From positions 124,001 to 188,000 of the forward strand of contig NIVC01001113.1 of the NCBI GenBank assembly GCA_002269645.1: a stretch of 64,000 bases of DNA. Direction: 5' to 3'. The notes under the pieces are model-generated. The model was not told the origin of the DNA and ran no database searches. It was given only the letters and a program-made list of their open reading frames with translations. Positions within the stretch are counted from its first letter, which is position 1. Each line of letters starts with the position of its first letter. Of the stretch, positions 60,923 to 64,000 are shown piece by piece. The stretch is from Macrostomum lignano. Its lineage: Eukaryota. Both the position numbers and the translations under genes were made by a program.

Positions 60923-61953
60923 TATTCATCTAGTCACCGGACAAATAACAACTGACTTTAATTTTTAATTTAAAAACTCTCTATGCTATGCTATTGTGGT
61001 ATTGTCTGGAAATCCGCAGAAAAATGTTCATATTATTGAGTATAGACCAATTTATCCATAATCCTCAGATTTTTGTTGAATTTGCTAGGACAAATTTTAA
61101 TTTTGAGAGTATTATTTATTTTAAATTTTTTTATAATATCCCACATTTTGGAAGATTAATAGTACACTTGAAATTTTCAAATTATTATTGGATAGTTTAA
61201 CTGTTTTGACATACCACTTTTAGCTCAAGTAAATTTTTGGCATATCAACTTAAATAAATACAAAATTATATAGTGCTTAAAGTATATAACTTAAAATATA
61301 TAGATTATATATAGATACATGTACTATAGTATTATATATATATATATAGTCTATGTACATGTACATATTAAATAGTATTAATATATACTATAGTACATGT
61401 ATCTATATATAATCTATATATTTTAAGTTATATACTTTAAGCACTATATAATTTTGTACTATATTAATATATACTATAGTACATGTATCTATATATAATC
61501 TATATATTTTAAGTTATATACTTATATACAATAGTATATATTAATACTATAGTACATGTATCTATATATAATCTATATATTTTAAGTTATATACTTTAAG
61601 CACTATATAATTTTGTATTTATTTAAGTTGATATGCCAAAAATTTACTTGAGCTAAAAGTGGTATGTCAAAACAGTTAAACTATCCAATAATAATTTGAA
61701 AATTTCAAGTGTACTATTAATCTTCCAAAATGTGGGATATTATAAAAAAATTTAAAATAAATAATACTCTCAAAATTAAAATTTGTCTTAGCAAATTCAA
61801 CAAAAATCTGAGGATTATGGATAAATTGGTCTATACTCAATAATATGAACATTTTTCTGCGGATTTCCAGACAATACCACAATAGCATAGCATAGAGAGT
61901 TTTTAAATTAAAAATTAAAGTCAGTTGTTATTTGTCCGGTGACTAGATGAATA
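60923..61953. repeat. About 1-kb near-perfect palindrome (foldback-like element)
   Basis: Arms of about 410 bp are reverse complements with very few mismatches; the AT-rich centre has internal duplications. Confidence 0.93.
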
Positions 61954-64000
61954 GCAATGTGGTTGGTTATTTGTCCGGTTACTGGATAATGGCCATGCTT
62001 TCTCATTTGACATTCATCTGGTTAATACCAGACAAATAGGCTTTTTATTATTTGACCATTTAAATTGATAATGCTAAAATATCTATTTTATAGAAACTAC
62101 AAGGGTGAATAATCCTAGACTTCAAAGACGTCTTACTCGTATCTTGATTATTATGTTGTTATACTAGTGTAAGTCTTATACACCAAATTATGCCGAATTG
62201 AATACACTGCTTTCTTATATGTACACTAGTGTGACTAGTATACAACAAAATATTAATCAGTATATGTGAAAAGGTCTTATTAATCTAGAATATTCATCAC
62301 AAAACAAATAGCAATTTAAACAGTTAGCAATTTAAACAGACAAATAGTAAAAAGGCTATTCGTCCAGCCACCAGACAAATAACAACTGCCAAAATTAAAA
62401 TATGCCTGTTGCCTGCCTTATTGTCTAGTAACTAAGTAGGCAGTAGCTGTACTGTTGGCTTGCTTAAAATTTACTAGAGCATGCACCAGATAAAGCATTG
62501 TGCCTTTAGAATTTAGATCTATAGCAAATAGCTTAAAGAATATAGCCTGCTACTCAGCTATGCTGCTAGTGCTACTGACCTACTGACAGTGGTGGCGAGA
62601 ACTGAGGACAGTCTATTAGACTATTCAGATTTCAAAAGACAAAAATTTTAGTAGCACACCGAAAACATGTTGAGGCGGCCAAGAGTGATTGGCAATGCTA
62701 AATTCAACTCAACTTCGGGCAAAAATTTCAGGATTTTTTACACGGGGACTTTCGAAAATCATGTCTTAGAAAAAGGTGTTTTAAAACCCTACACAAAAGG
62801 CGTATAGAAAAACAAAACAAAAGCATAAGCTAACATAAAAACGACGTAAGTGGCTAGTATAATAAAATTTAACTGCTTAGCTAGAGTTCTTTTGATATTG
62901 TTTTAGCGATTTAAGTCGCTTATCATCACTTTATCCTGCCGACAATAGGGGCCATAACCCAACTAGTAATGTGAGGTGGGGGTGGAGAAAGAATTTTCTT
63001 CGAATGGGTTGATTTGAAATTTGCTGACACCAGTGAGGTGGGCGGATTCCTCGTTTGAATTGCCGCCGACGTTGAGTTAGCACGAGTAAAGCCGGAAATT
63101 CGCGCAGACGAATCACAACGTAATCTTTCTCCTTTTACTCCGACAGCCGGGTTCTCAAGTCCGGGGGGAGGGTAGTCGTGATCGTAGCGGAGCGGTCGTG
63201 TAACGGCGCGGTCGTTCAAAGCGATGAAACACCGGAGATTTAGACACCGTAAATCAATGTGTAGAGTTGCTGAGCTGGTTACTTTCAGTAGGGTAGAGCT
63301 GCCACCACCGTAATTTACGTATTACGGAACGGATAAGTCTCTGAGCTTTCTTTGAGCTGAGAAAACTTGGTTATTTTACGCCCCACGGGCAAAAGACTCA
63401 AGATAGGCTATGGCTTAATGTTAACGATAAAAGTATTATTAATAAATTGGTTTTGATTATTATTCTTATTTAGTTCAGGTTGAGCAGGATAACAACTGAA
63501 TTAATAAATACAATTATGACGAGGATGATTTCGGCGTGCCGCGGTGGGACGGCTAACTAAAATAAACAATCAAACTATACGCAACTATTTAGAGTAAAGC
63601 AGAAGGAGTATTCAAAATAAAAATGCAAACTAAACTAAAACCAAGTAAGACAGATTAAGACAAAAAGGCGAGGGGTGAGAGAGAGAGAGGGAGCGAGCGA
63701 GAGAGCGAGTGAGCGAGAGCAAAAAGTTACACGAACTCACACAACAATTTATAAGAAAAAGTAGGCAAAGTCTGCTACTGGACCAGAATAAGGAGAAGCA
63801 CATAACGCGTCTGGTCCAGTAGCTGCAGAACAAAAAGAAAACAAGAAATTAAATGAGGTATGCAACTAAACAAGCAAATGGAGAGCAAATTTTACGTAGC
63901 GGGAGACTAAAAATCCCATTGCGGGATGGGGTGCGTGACACTTTTGTCCCGGTGTGGCAGAGCAAAAATTGGCGGATTGGGAAAGCAATGCATTCACGTA

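Noticed and set aside
60988-61888. Two nearly identical 70-aa ORFs on opposite strands
   Set aside because: Mirror products of the AT-rich palindrome, with non-ATG starts and no coding signature.

Overview
This is a eukaryotic (invertebrate metazoan) genomic window with GC-rich exons, AT-rich spacers and a different 16-47 bp minisatellite in most introns; the style is reminiscent of macrostomid flatworm genomes, but the taxon is only an inference. Four spliced genes can be assembled by hand with GT-AG junctions that keep frame: DNA topoisomerase II (minus, 8 exons, about 1535 aa), a nicotinic acetylcholine receptor-type subunit lacking the loop C vicinal cysteines (plus, 7 exons, about 475 aa), frataxin (minus, 2 exons, about 205 aa) and a myotubularin-related MTMR14-like phosphatase (minus, 4 exons, about 495 aa). 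Mobile DNA includes an apparently intact DD34D mariner, several MITEs with 8-bp TSDs, a decayed Ty3/gypsy, a P-like transposase remnant, tRNA-derived SINEs and a non-coding LTR element. The most unusual items are: (1) an inverted pair of intronless 66-aa prepropeptide genes predicted to release a short amidated amphipathic cationic peptide; (2) a minimal type I hammerhead ribozyme among telomere-like CCCTAA repeats; (3) intronic minisatellites that are tandem amplifications of real splice junctions, including a frame-preserving array of acceptors in the frataxin intron. No CRISPR arrays, rRNA or genuine tRNA genes were seen. All coordinates were read by eye; repeat boundaries are approximate.
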